This document shows positions 1 to 11,736 of a DNA stretch of 64,000 nt, in pieces. Each line of letters opens with the position of its first letter. Positions within the stretch are counted from its first letter, which is position 1. The translations under genes were made by a program, and so were the position numbers. Under the pieces are notes generated by a model. The model was not told the origin of the DNA. It was given only the letters and a program-made list of their open reading frames with translations, and searched no databases. Source of the stretch: Camelus ferus (Eukaryota). The stretch spans positions 11,844,001 to 11,908,000 of the forward strand of contig NC_045697.1 in the NCBI RefSeq assembly GCF_009834535.1, read 5' to 3'.

Positions 1-289
1 CACTCTGCTCTCAGCATGGCCTTCATTCACTGTTTAGTCGGGAGAAGGGAAGCCATTAAGTTCCTGCCAACAAATCTATAAAGCTACCTGCATCCACTCT
101 CACTCCTTCCTCCCCAGATTACCTGTGTGCACCCTCCAGTTGAAGGAGCATCTCTGAACTTCACTCCATGTTCACCTGCTTCCTCCGGACTCGGGTCTCT
201 CCTCTGCATCCTTCCCCCTGCTGGTGGCTGGCTCCTCCCCAGAACATCCAAACATGCTTTATACGGCCCCATCTTAAAAAAAAAAAAAA

Positions 290-1060
290 ACCATGAGGAA
301 TGTAAATCAGTACAACTTCTCTGGAAAAGAATTTGACAGTTTCTTAAAAAACAAAATATACACCTATCATAAAACCCAGTGATCATACTCTTGGACATTT
401 ATTCCAGAGAAATGAAACTTATGTTCACACAAAAACCTGTACACAAATGTTCATAGCAGCTTTATTTGGAACAGCCCCAAACTGGAAACAATGAAAGCAT
501 CCTTCAGTGGGTGAGTGGCTACAAAAACAAACAAACAAACAAAAAAAGCAAAACCATGGTGTATCCATACCATGGAACACTACTGAGTAATAAAAAGGAA
601 GGAACTCTTGGTACACACAACAGCTTGGATGGATTTTAAGAGCATAGTCTAAGTGAGAAAAAAATTTTTCAAAAAGTCACATACTATATGATTCAATTTA
701 TATAATATTCTAGAGATGACAAAATTACACAGATGGAGAACAAACTCATGGTATCAAAAGTTAGGGATGGGGAGGGGGCGGCATGAGGATACTTTTGTGG
801 GGCTGGAATAGTTATGTATTTTGATCGCAGTAGTGGTTACACAAATCTGCACACGTGATAAAGTAACATAGACTTAGATGCATGTGTTTTACCAATGTCA
901 TCTCCCTGGTTTTGATATTGTTCCATAGTTACACAGATGTGGGAGTAACCATTGGGGAAACTGGGTGAAGAGTAAATAGAACTCTCTGTATCTTCCTTCC
1001 AACTTTTCATGAACTGATAACTTTTTCAAAATAAAAAATTAAGAAAAAAGAAAGAAAAAA
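290..1060 (+). mobile_element. Old L1 3' end (L1MB/L1MC-like)
   Basis: Typical L1 ORF2-end/3'UTR text (aaatgttcatagcagctttattt, aaactggaaacaa) ending in AATAAA and an A-rich tail. Confidence 0.8.
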
Positions 1061-1219
1061 TATCAGTGTACACCAATCAAAAACATATCAGCATTCCTAG
1101 ACCCTGCATTTCCCTCCAAGTACAATATCTTTCTCCACTTCTTTGCAGCCAAACTTACTGAAAATATTTTCTTTAACTTATATCCTCCATATCTACCTTT
1201 TTCTGCACTATTGCTTGAT

Positions 1220-1790
1220 TCATTAATTTATTCATCAAATATTTGTTAAGTGCCTTTTACGTTGCATGCACTGATTTAGCTTCTTGAGACACACAAGCAA
1301 ACAAAATCTCTTCCATTTGACGGGGAGTGGGGGAGACAACAAACAAGCAAGTAAGTAAAACAGGTAGTGTGTTCAAGGTGATAAATACTATGAAGAAAAA
1401 TAAAGTAGGAAAGAGAGATAGTACTTGAATGGAAACAAATGTGATTTAAATAGGGTGTGAGATAAGGCCTCACTGAACATTTGAGCAAGGACCTGAAGGA
1501 AGCAAAGAAGTGAGTTTGACAGAAATCTGGAGGCACCATTCCTGGCAGAGCAAACAGCCAATGCAAAGGCCCTGTGGCAGGAACTATCCTGGCTTTTTCC
1601 AGAAAGAGCAAGGAGGCGAGTCTGATAGGAGCAGAGAAAGTCAGAGATGAGGCCAGGAGATAACTGGTTGGAAGTGGAGAGACCAGATCACTTGCCCAAT
1701 AATCTGCATCTAAAAAGAGAAGAGACCTTGGTGAGTTCCGAACAGAGGAGTGACATGATCTAACCTACTCTTTTACAGGATCCACTGAGG
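1220..1790 (-). mobile_element. L2 3' fragment
   Basis: attcatcaaatatttgttaagtgcc terminus and gcaaaggccctgtggcagga motif, both typical of antisense L2. Confidence 0.75.
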
Positions 1791-1809
1791 ATGGAAGAGA
1801 CCTTGGAAA

Positions 1810-3080
1810 CCGCTCTGGCCAGGGTAAATTACCACCTCCACTTCGCATGATCCACTGGGCTCTTCTCAGTCTTCATTCTTGCTGAATGGCCTTTCAGCAG
1901 CATTTGACCTTGTGGACCACTCTTGTCATCCAATCAGTATCTTATCTCCTCCCTCTCAGAGTCTTTTCTTCTGCCTATCCCATAAGCACTGGGCTTTCTC
2001 AGGATTGTGTATGTGGTCCTCATATCCTCTAAGTACAACGACTCTTCTTAGGCAATCCCATCCTCTCCCCTGGGTTTGAAACCCCTTGGTTTCATTCCAA
2101 CTATGTGCTAATGTTTGCAAAATCGGTATCGTCAGCCAGGATGACTCACCTGAGCTCCAGACCCACACCTCCAGCTGCCTACTGTATATTTCCACTTGGA
2201 AGTCTCAAAGTCCTTCAAACTCAACTTATGTAAAATGGAACTGTTTTCCCTACTGCCTCTTTCCTTAACCCCTACCAGGACTGCTTCTCCTCCTGGGTCC
2301 TCAATCTTAATTAAAAGAAGGACAACCACCATGTTGCTCAAGCTAGAAATGTAGGAGTCATCTTTAAATCTTCACTTCCCTCACTCTGCAAATCCAGTCC
2401 ACTGCTACGTCATCTTGATTCTACCTTAAGTGACATGGTAATTCTCCACTTCTCTCCTTTGCTTTAGCCACCTGTTGGTAAAAGCCACCATCAGCTTGAC
2501 CCAGTGCACAACACAAATCTGTAACCACCAGACCTGGCTTAACTGCCTGGCTCGCATCCCCTCACTGTCTACACTGCCACCGCTTCAACCTTCTTTCTGT
2601 TCCTTGAAAGACCACCCACGTACTCTCGCCTGTCTGTAAGCCCTTCACCGTCCTTTTTCTCATCGCCTACATCAGTCGTGCTCATTGCACAGGTCTCAGC
2701 TTCAGTGTTGATTTCTCTGGGAGAACTTTCCTGACCCACGAATCAGGCTAGAGCCTCCCACTCTGTGCTCTTAGAGCTCCTTGATCTATCACACATCTTC
2801 GGCGTTGCCTTGTTGAGTTGGCTTTCTTCCTCGCTGCGCGATGTGCTGAAGAGAGGCAGAGATCGTGTCTCTTACTTATCTTGTGTCCCCAGAGCCCTGC
2901 CATATCGTGAGCCCTCGAAATATTTATTAACTGAATGGATGAAGTAGATAGATCGATCCTGGGGCTCATATAACTCAGATCATTCTTGCCTGTCTTGTTC
3001 ACTGCTATATCCCCAGCACCCAGAGCAGTGCCTGGCACAAAGTAGGCAAGCAGGAAATATCTGCTAAACAAATGAATGAA
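1810..3080 (+). mobile_element. Degenerate L2 fragments
   Basis: cagcagcatttgac and cctgagctccagaccc body motifs; terminus cagtgcctggcaca...aaatgaatgaa. Confidence 0.65.
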
Positions 3081-4289
3081 CACACATAGTGAAATTCCAT
3101 TCCAGTGGAGTCTGAGGAGTAATAAATTATTCAGTCTGTGATACAGTTACACTGAGGACCATCCTTGTAATTCTTAACTGACAGAGCAATCATGAGACCA
3201 AATTACACAGGAATGAAGAAAATACAATCTCAAATATGAGTAATATCTTAATAGATCTTCACATATTATATTCATCCTCCGCCACATAAATGTATCTTCC
3301 CTAACTTAGCAGAAGACTGGATTTTCTCTCCAAAACAGTTAAATCAGAGAGGCTCCAGAGTTGGGGGGATCCCAGGTCCAACTGGGGGAGGCACCTAAAT
3401 AAAAATAGAGAAACTAAGTCAAAGTCTATAGACTGAATTATATGATTCAAGACATTTCTCCTGACTTGCTTCCAAAAAACTAGCAATTAGGCTATTGAAG
3501 AACAGACAAGCAATTGAAGGACCCTTTTCTGGGGGGAAAGGGTAGCCCAAGAGAAAAAGCTTACAGAGTTTGACATTTGGGAATGTCCCAGTGAAATGAA
3601 TGTGGTCCTACCTAATTGTCCTGAGATGGCAGCTTCAAACGGCCAAGGTCTTCTCATGAACACAAAGAGGCTCCATTTAGACTTTCAGTGTTTCACTTTT
3701 AAATATTATTAGAAAGCCAAAGATCACCAAGCATTTGAGGGCATCCACCAACATTAAAGTCAAAGATCAAAACAAACAAAGATGAAATAGAGACTCTGAG
3801 GAAACAAAGACAATTCAGAGAGCAGAGGCAGACTTCAGAGAAAGTGTAATTAATGTCTACAGAAAATAAGAGTAAACACTGCATCAATGAGAAAAGAAAG
3901 AGTTCTTTGCTATTTAACATCAAATATTAAAATATTTGATAGCAGAAATTAGAAATTCAAAGAACAAAAAGACACAGGGATGGAAAGTAAAATCAATGTT
4001 AAAAAAATCTATGTTAAGAATATGTTCAGCCTCCATCTGCTCATAAGATTCTTGATGTATAGCAGCTGTTATCATCTTCAGAAAATACATTTGTCAGTGA
4101 TCTTTGCACATGAGAGTCCTTCCAATTGAAATGTGTCTTGTAGGACTATTTTATTACAACATAAATTTCACATGTACTATTTTAGATTTGTACACAACAA
4201 TGAATTTACTCAACACATACAATACACGGTGCAGTGGCACTGATTTGAACAACATTAACAGCCTAGTACATAAGCTTTCAGCCCGAACT

Positions 4290-4452
4290 GCTTCTTTGGG
4301 TCTTCATTTTTCTTGTGAAGTTTCCATGTACATATAAAAATGACTAAACAAAATTTGTATGTTTTCCTCTGGTTAGTCTGTTTTGTCAGCTTAATTTTTA
4401 GGTCCAGCCAGAGACCCTAAAAGGGTAGAGGAGAAATTTTATCTCCTTTACA
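4290..4452 (+). mobile_element. 3' fragment of an ERV1-type LTR (MER34/MER39-like)
   Basis: Ends gaccctaaaagggtagaggagaaattttatctccttTACA and resembles the reverse complement of the LTR end at 16095-16200. Confidence 0.55.
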
Positions 4453-5110
4453 ATATTAAAGAGCAGAGACAAAGGGAACCCACACTGAGCAAGGGCATCA
4501 AGAAGGAGTTTCCTCGGTAAATGAACTTTGAGCTGAGACCCGAGGGATGAGTAGCAATTGCTCTGTGGGCAGACGACGTAGTAATTACGTAGGCTCGTTG
4601 CCTAAACGACAGCCAGTCTCTTTCTTTGTTAGTTTTAGAAACCAAGTCTTAATGCCTGGTGGCAGCCCTCCTTACAGAGAGGGAGGGCCAGTGGAATTAA
4701 GCAGAACTGGTTGGGTGGAGCTTCAAAAGCTTTCCCCGAAGGCAATGACTGACTCAGCTGGAAGGGAGGGTGGTTCGCCCTTTGTCTTTACCCTTACTGT
4801 TATCTGGAAGGCAGACGTGATAGCTGACATGTCAGCAGCCACATAACCTTGAGGATGCAATTCTGCGCTAAATGATGGGAAAGGCAGTCTTCCAACCCAA
4901 GCCTAACCACGTAAGAATGGGCCTTGGACTCGGAACGTTTCCTTACCCAGAGATAAAGAATGCACGTGACCCACGCTGGACTCATCATCTTGTGTGGGAA
5001 TATTTTTCCCTGTATCGGGCTCAGCGTGTTCTCCTTTGTTCTGGAGTGGGAGGAAGGGGGCAGGGCACTACCACTGAAGGAAGGACACAGCAGTTGAGGG
5101 CAGGACAAAC

Positions 5111-5630
5111 TGGTTAGAACCGAGATAGCGGAAGATTCGATTTCCAGTAGACCTTGAAACTCATGGCACACACACAGGTGCAATGAAAGTTTCTAGGCTG
5201 ACCATAAAAGTTCAAAAAGCAGGTGGGGGGGGGGTTCCTGGAAATCCTTGCCTTTTCCCCAAAGTAGTTGGAATAATCCTGCTACTCACTAGCATATGAA
5301 ATTACCGAGCCCATAAAACCTAACAACTCCGCACCTCGTGATCACTCTCTCCTTTGCCTTCTGAGACAGCCCGCACTCTGTCTATGGAGTGTGTATCTAT
5401 TGTTACTTTAAACTACACACCCCTGCACCTCTCAGTCTCTCTCCCTATCACCTTTCTGAGATGGCCCACATTCTGCCTATGGAGTGTGTATCTCCTAAGC
5501 TCCTTCCCTTCTGAGTGAGGTGGACTGCACTCTGTCCATGGAGTGTGTATCCCTCTAAATAAACTTGGTTTACCATGCCTTGCTCTCGAATTCTTTCCTG
5601 TGCAAGGCAAGAACCTATTCTCCCACAACA
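5111..5630 (+). mobile_element. Solo LTR, MER41-like (ERV1); 5' boundary approximate
   Basis: The 3' part ctctgtctatggagt...aataaactt...cgaattctttcctgtgcaaggcaagaacc...AACA matches the recalled MER41 R/U5 layout; AATAAA at 5558-5563. Confidence 0.7.
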
Positions 5631-6089
5631 GTTCTGCTGAAGCATGTGTATCAGTGGTCCTCAGGCATGTCCCCAGCTTTAAGTGTTGCAGACTTTATAG
5701 GGGAAGGGGACAGGTCCTTCTGCAGCAAGAGAGCTGTGCTAGTTGGACAACTGCTCCGTACTGGCACCCACTGGCCCAGAGGGACCGACGCCTACTACTG
5801 GAGCTGACCTTGCTCTGTCTCCTCTCTATGTGAGTACAGCATCGTTCCATCCAGTGCTTGACTGTACTGCATTCTCTTTGGCAACTCTGATACCAAGATG
5901 CAGTGGGCAGGAGTGCTCGAACTTCTGCTCCTGATGATAGGCAACAGATGCCATTTGCTTGACACTAAATATGGTAGAGCAGAGAGAAAAGAAATGTGAG
6001 CCTCTGATAATTTTATGTAGCTGCTGTACCAGCCTTGGTCCTCTCTCACATGAGAAGGGATGTCTCTAGAATGTTTAAGCCTCTGTTTA

Positions 6090-7070
6090 AGAATGTCTTA
6101 AACACTGCACAAAAGCTACACAACAGTAATGAATTAATGCATTGGGCTATTAAACCAAGAACTTCTATTCATCAAAAAGAAAGGGGGAAGACAAGATACA
6201 AACTGGAGGGAGAGATTTACAACACATATAATGGCAAAAGAGTAAGTATAGCATATATAATAGCATATATAAGAAACTATAGACCAATTGTAACAGACAA
6301 ACTACCAAATGATAAGTGGATAAAAGATACTAACAAATGTTTCACAAAAGAGGAAATGGAAATTGTGAATAAATCTATGTGAAGTTGCTCAACCTCATTT
6401 GCAATTAAAGTCACAATGCGACACCACTTCACATCCACTAGATTGGCAAAAAAAAAAAAAAAAACTTGCAAAATCAAGGGATGAGAAGAACTTGGTAAAA
6501 TTAGGACTTATACAGTGCTGGCAAAAGGAAAACAATTTGGTACTGTCTCACAAGGTTAAGTATTTATACCCTACTTCCCAGCAATTCTACTCCTGCTTTT
6601 CTTTCTACAGGAACCTGTCAATCAGGAGACATGTTTAAATTTTTTTTTTTTCACAGCGCCATTGTTTGGAAGAGAAGCTAGAAGCGATCTGAATGTCAAC
6701 TGGACTGATGGGAGAATGGATAAATACATTCTGGTAGAGTCACAAAGTGAAGTATTACACATCAGAGAAACTGGTCCACCTGTACATACAGAGAGCAACA
6801 TGGATGAATCTTAGAAATGTAATTTAAGGGAATAACATCATAATAAGCTATATCTAGCATAAATGCCCTTTAATAAAGCTCAGAAACAGGATGAGGAAGA
6901 CGTGCGTCAGTAACTTCAATGGAGTTGGAAATTCCTAGTCTGAAGTTAAGTACTGGGTTCACAGGTTTCTGATTTATTATTATGCTTTATAAGTAGCATA
7001 TACACTATAATTATTCTTCTGATGTATGAAACAATGCATTTAAAATGATTTCTAACCATAAAAACAAACT
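6090..7070 (+). mobile_element. Old L1 (L1ME-like) 3' fragment
   Basis: Degenerate ORF2-end text (ttcacaaaagaggaaat, cacatccactagattggcaaa, cccagcaattctactcct). Confidence 0.7.
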
Positions 7071-7869
7071 ATTTGTGCCTCTGGCCTCTTCCAGCTACCA
7101 TCCTATTTGCCTCCATGTGGCTGTCAAATTCCTCAGCTAAAGTATAGGACTGCAGCTGGTTTCCCAGCACCTCTCACCCACTCCTCTTCTGTTTAAGGGA
7201 TGTCCCAGCTCGGGAGCGCCCCCTCCGTAGGGACCAGCCGGATTCCTCGCTCTCCCAGCCTGGGGGCAGGTATGCATCCAGCTCTGCCAGCCAGTCAGCA
7301 GCATCCTCAGCAGATTCCAATTCAGAGGAGAGAAACCTGAAGAGGGAGGCTCCTGTGGCATCACAGTCACTGGTCACTTCAAAGCAGAGGCACCTGATGG
7401 TCACAGGTAGCAGCGGCTGCAAGCTGGGATTCAGGGTGCAGCAGTGCCGGCAGTACAAGCTGTGGGGGTGGGGGCCTGGGTCGGGGAGACAGGGCAGATG
7501 TCCCATCAGATCAGACCGGAGGCAGGTCTCAGGCATCGCTTCTGGAAGCTCTGCCCCTCGGGTCTTTCCTCCAGCCCTCAAGCCCCCCTTAGAATAAACT
7601 CCCCTGCTGAATCAGCCAGGTTGGCTTCTGCTGCCTGCATGGAGCCACCAGCAGTGCTGTTTTTCTCCTATGACTCTTTTCTGACAGATCTCCCTCCTGA
7701 TATTTTACTTTCCCTATACCAACATGTTCTTGGCACTAGGGGTACAAAAAATAAATTTAGATAGATAGATGACAAATAAAAAGTACATAGGTAGAAGGAT
7801 AGACAGATAAATAGATAACAGATACATGGAGTTCACACCTTCAAGGAGTGCAAAGCCTTGTTAGGGGGG

Positions 7870-9062
7870 CAGTGTTAAACACCAATGGTTGGTTGTCACA
7901 ACATCCATCCCCATCTCTTCCCCTCTTGCCTGCTTCTGCTACAGAAACTGGGAAAGAGCCAGCAGCTCCACTTCTGGGTATATTCAGAAGGCAATGGAAT
8001 CACTGTGTTGAAGAGATGTCTGCACCTCTGTATTCACTGCAGCATTATTTACAATAGCCGAGACATGGAAATAATCTAAGTACATGTCAACAGAGAAATG
8101 GATAAAGATGTGAGATATACATATACAATGGAATACTATTCAGCAATAAAAAAGAAGGAAATCCTGCCATGTGCAACAACATGGATGGAATTTGAGGGTA
8201 TTATGCAAAGTGAAGTAAGTCAAACAGAGAACAACAAATAATGTATGAGCTCATATGAGGAATCTTAACAAAACAAAACTAAACTCATAGAAAAAGAGAT
8301 CAGATTTGTAGTTACCAGAAGGATAGGGAAATTGGATAAAGATGATCAAAAGTACAAACTTCCAGTTAAAAGAAAAATAAGTATTGGGGATGTAATGTAC
8401 ACTGTGGCTATAATATGGTATATTTGAAAGTTGCTAAGAGAATAAATCCTAGAAGTTCTCATTGGAAGGGGAAAAAAATCTTTTATTTTCTCTCTCTCTC
8501 TTTTTTTTTTTTTTTGTATCTGTATGAAATGATGGATGTTAACTAAACTTATTATGGTAATTATTTCATTAGATAAGTAAGTCAAGTCATTATTTGGTGC
8601 ACCTTAAACTTATACAGTGCTGGATGTCAATTATATCTCAATAAAACTGGAAGAACAAATTTTAAAGAAACTGTGAAAGACAGAGACTTCCCATCCAGAG
8701 CATCCTGGAGTAGCCACGTGACACAGTTCTGGCCAATGAGAGGTGGAAGTCCACTGTCAGGGGTCGGCGGGCCTGGGAAAGTTTTCGCTCTTCAGACAAC
8801 AGACAGACATGGCTAGTGCCACCTTTCCTGCTTCCTGCTGCCTTGAATGTAGAAATGATGCCTGAACCCACAGGCAACCACAAACATAAGCCAAGCAAAG
8901 AGCAAGAACAGCAGAGGCATTAGTAAGCAGTAGAACTAACATGTGGAAATACCTATCTCTGGTTGGTCTTCTTGTTGGATGAGAAAAACACTCTGCTATT
9001 TGTTTATGCCACTGTTCGTCAAATATTTTGCTGCTTGCAGCTGAAAGCATCCCTAACTGAAT
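7870..9062. mobile_element. MLT1-type (MaLR) LTR interrupted by an L1
   Basis: gtgacacagttctggccaatgag core and cttgcagctgaaagcatccctaactga terminus flank the L1 insertion. Confidence 0.65.
7958..8665 (+). mobile_element. 5'-truncated L1 (L1MA-like) with target-site duplication
   Basis: L1 3' end with AATAAA at ~8640. TSD AGAAACTGGGAAAGA (7943-7957) / AGAAACTGTGAAAGA (8666-8680), one mismatch. Confidence 0.85.
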
Positions 9063-9361
9063 CAGAGCAAAGTTGCAAACAATCAGGGGTAGATGTTGTC
9101 ACAGAGATGTGAATGAAGGTCTCTTTCTTGACAAATACGATGAAATGTTCTCTTTATTTATTGTACTCCTTAATCTGGGGAGCATTTGAAACTCTTGAGC
9201 ACTCAGTAGTCAAGCCCCTTCCTTCTTTGGCTTTGGTGACGGTTCACCAGTAATGTTACAAAGTGACCACAGTGACCAATGCCAGAGCTACACACAAGCG
9301 TTGTCCAGTCAGGAAGCTCTCAGCACACAGATTTATACCACAGGGGGCAAGGCTTGCCTCA

Positions 9362-9600
9362 GGGCCTTTGCACTGGCTGCTCTCTAGGCCAGGAAAGTTC
9401 TTTACACTAACATGCTATACAATTTAGCTATTCATTACATTTATTGTTTGACTCCCACCACTAAGATATAAGCTCCACAGAAGCAAGGATCTTTATCTCT
9501 TGTGTTCACTGATGGATCCCAAGTGCCTAGGACAGTGCCTGGCACTTAGTAGATGTTCTATAGATATTTTTGATTTACTTTGATTAGATCAATCTTGATT
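9362..9600 (+). repeat. Copy A of a ~240-bp direct duplication (L2 3' end)
   Basis: Aligns by eye to 11499-11736 with 12 substitutions and 1 indel. Confidence 0.95.
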
Positions 9601-9621
9601 GATTTATGTTTTAGGTATTTT

Positions 9622-9782
9622 AGGCCAGCCAGCTTTGTGGTTGCACTGGTCCCCACCCTAGCAGGACCCCATGCTTGGTTTAATGCTCTGCTGTCACCAT
9701 CTTGTAATTCTTAATAATTTTGAACAAGGGACTCAACACTTCCTTCTATACCAGGCATTGAAAATTACGTAGCCAAACCTAG
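9622..9782 (+). mobile_element. MER91A-like hAT MITE
   Basis: gcttggtttaatgctctgctgtcaccatcttgtaattcttaataattttgaacaaggg matches the recalled MER91A core. Confidence 0.7.
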
Positions 9783-10589
9783 CAAGAGACTCTAAAATTG
9801 TAATGGACAAGTCAGAAATACAGTGCCAGTGAACTCAAATTCCCCGACCTTGATTCTCATATGTCTAGAGAAATAGAAATCGATTTCTTCCTATGGAGGT
9901 ACATAGTACCATCAAATGAGTATCAAACACTCCTCATGAGAAGACTCTCCTCTGTGGAATACTTTTTTTTTTTAATTACAAGTGTGCACAAGTTTTAAGG
10001 AACAGAGGTAGACAGTGCCCCTTATCTTGAAACCAATCTGTTTCTTAGTCTATGGTCACCATCAAATGGAAATCAATTAACCCTGTGCCATAGTGATTTG
10101 CTTTACTATCTAGATTTCAGTACTTCCAATATATCCCACAAGAATTTGTCCAGTTTGGAAAGAAAAGAAGAAAACCAAAGGGAGAGAGAAAACCAATAAA
10201 AAAATGAAAAAACCCTTCTCTAGCTTGACACCAAGTTTGGGGAATTAAATGTTTAAAGCAAAACTTTGTGATGTTATCTATTAGTTAGAGTGCAAGTTCA
10301 GCTGCCCTAACAAAGGTCAAGGTAACAGTGGCCTAAAGAAAGTAACAGGAGGCATGTTAGTCGTCCAGAAATGATTCACTGGCCTCGTGCTGTGGGTGAC
10401 CCAGCCACTTCATGTCTTACGGGTTAAAATGTTGCTGCCCTGACTCCTACCATTGCAGCTGCATTCCAAGGGGGAGAAGAAGGCTCACCAATCCATTTTA
10501 TAGAATTCTTAAGGCTTCTTTCCAAGGAACTACTCTCTTGGTTTCCCTCCTGCCCCACTGGTTGAAACATTTCACTCTCTGTGCTGGTT

Positions 10590-11720
10590 CTTCCATTTTG
10601 CTCCAACATCTTTGTGTTGGAGGAAGCGAGAGCTCAATCCTTCGTCTTCTAATTTTCTTTTGTCTTATCTGCCTTGTTTCCTTTCGCGGACTCATAACTT
10701 TAGTTACCATCTTCAGACCAATGACTCCCAGATTTATATCTCCAGCCCAGAACTTTCCCCTGAACTCCAGACTCATGTGTGTATGATGCTGCTTCCTCCA
10801 CAGCTCCTCTTGGATGTCTGTGGATGTCTCACACCCCCGACAGCTCCGTGCAAAGCTGCTCCGCCCAGTCTTCCTAGTTGATGGTGTCCCAGTTCCCACC
10901 TTTGTGGATGGCAACTTCCTTACAGGTGCTCAGATCAAAAACTGGAGTCACCTTTGACAACTCTTTCTCTCACACTCAACTACCCAACCTCTAGTCCATT
11001 AAAAACTTCTAAAGGCCCTCCTTTAAAAATAAAACCAGAATCTGACAACATTTCAACACCTCCACTTAGCACCCTAGTCTGAACCACCATCAACTCTTAC
11101 CTCCCTATTGCAATAGCTAACTGGTCTCTCTATTTCCCTGAAGGCTATTCTCAACCCAGGGACCAGAGTAATACTTTTTGAATTAGATCATGTGTTCCAC
11201 TCTGCTCAAATTCTCCTATAGCTCCCACTGTACTCAGAATAAAAACCTTTTTTGTTTGTTTGTTTTTCTATTGAAGTACAGTCAATTACAATGTGTCAAT
11301 CTTTGGTGTACAGCACAATGTCCCAGTCATACATATAGATACATACATTCATTTTCATATTTAAAAGCCCTTAATGTGGCCCGTGGGTCCTACATGGTCA
11401 GCCCTCCCTGTCCCCATCCAACCAGGATCTCATCTCCTGCTCTCCCTCTCGCTCACTCCACTCCGGCCTTACTGGCCTCCTCACATGTTCCTGCCTTGGG
11501 GTCTTTGCACTGGCTGTTCTCTGGGCCAGGAAAGTTCTTTACATTAACATGCTATATAATTTAGCTATTCATTACATTTATTGTTTAACTCCCACCACTA
11601 GGATATAAGCTCCACAGAAGCAGGGATCTTAATCTCTTGTGTTCACTGATGGATCCCAAGTGCCTAGAACACTGCCTGGCACTTAGTAGATGCTCTATAG
11701 ATATTTTTGATTTATTTGAT
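10590..11720 (+). mobile_element. L2 element with a short antisense L1 tail inserted at ~11248-11360
   Basis: gactcccagatttatatctccagcccag L2 body; internal T-rich tail plus ttgaagtacagtcaattacaatgtgtcaat. Confidence 0.7.
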
Positions 11721-11736
11721 TAGATCAATCTTGATT
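11499..11736 (+). repeat. Copy B of a ~240-bp direct duplication (L2 3' end)
   Basis: Aligns to 9362-9600 and is continuous with the upstream L2 body. Confidence 0.95.

Noticed and set aside
5357..5552. Repeat-spacer-like pattern resembling a CRISPR array
   Set aside because: The context is a mammalian LTR, the units are degenerate, the spacers are unequal and there are no cas genes.
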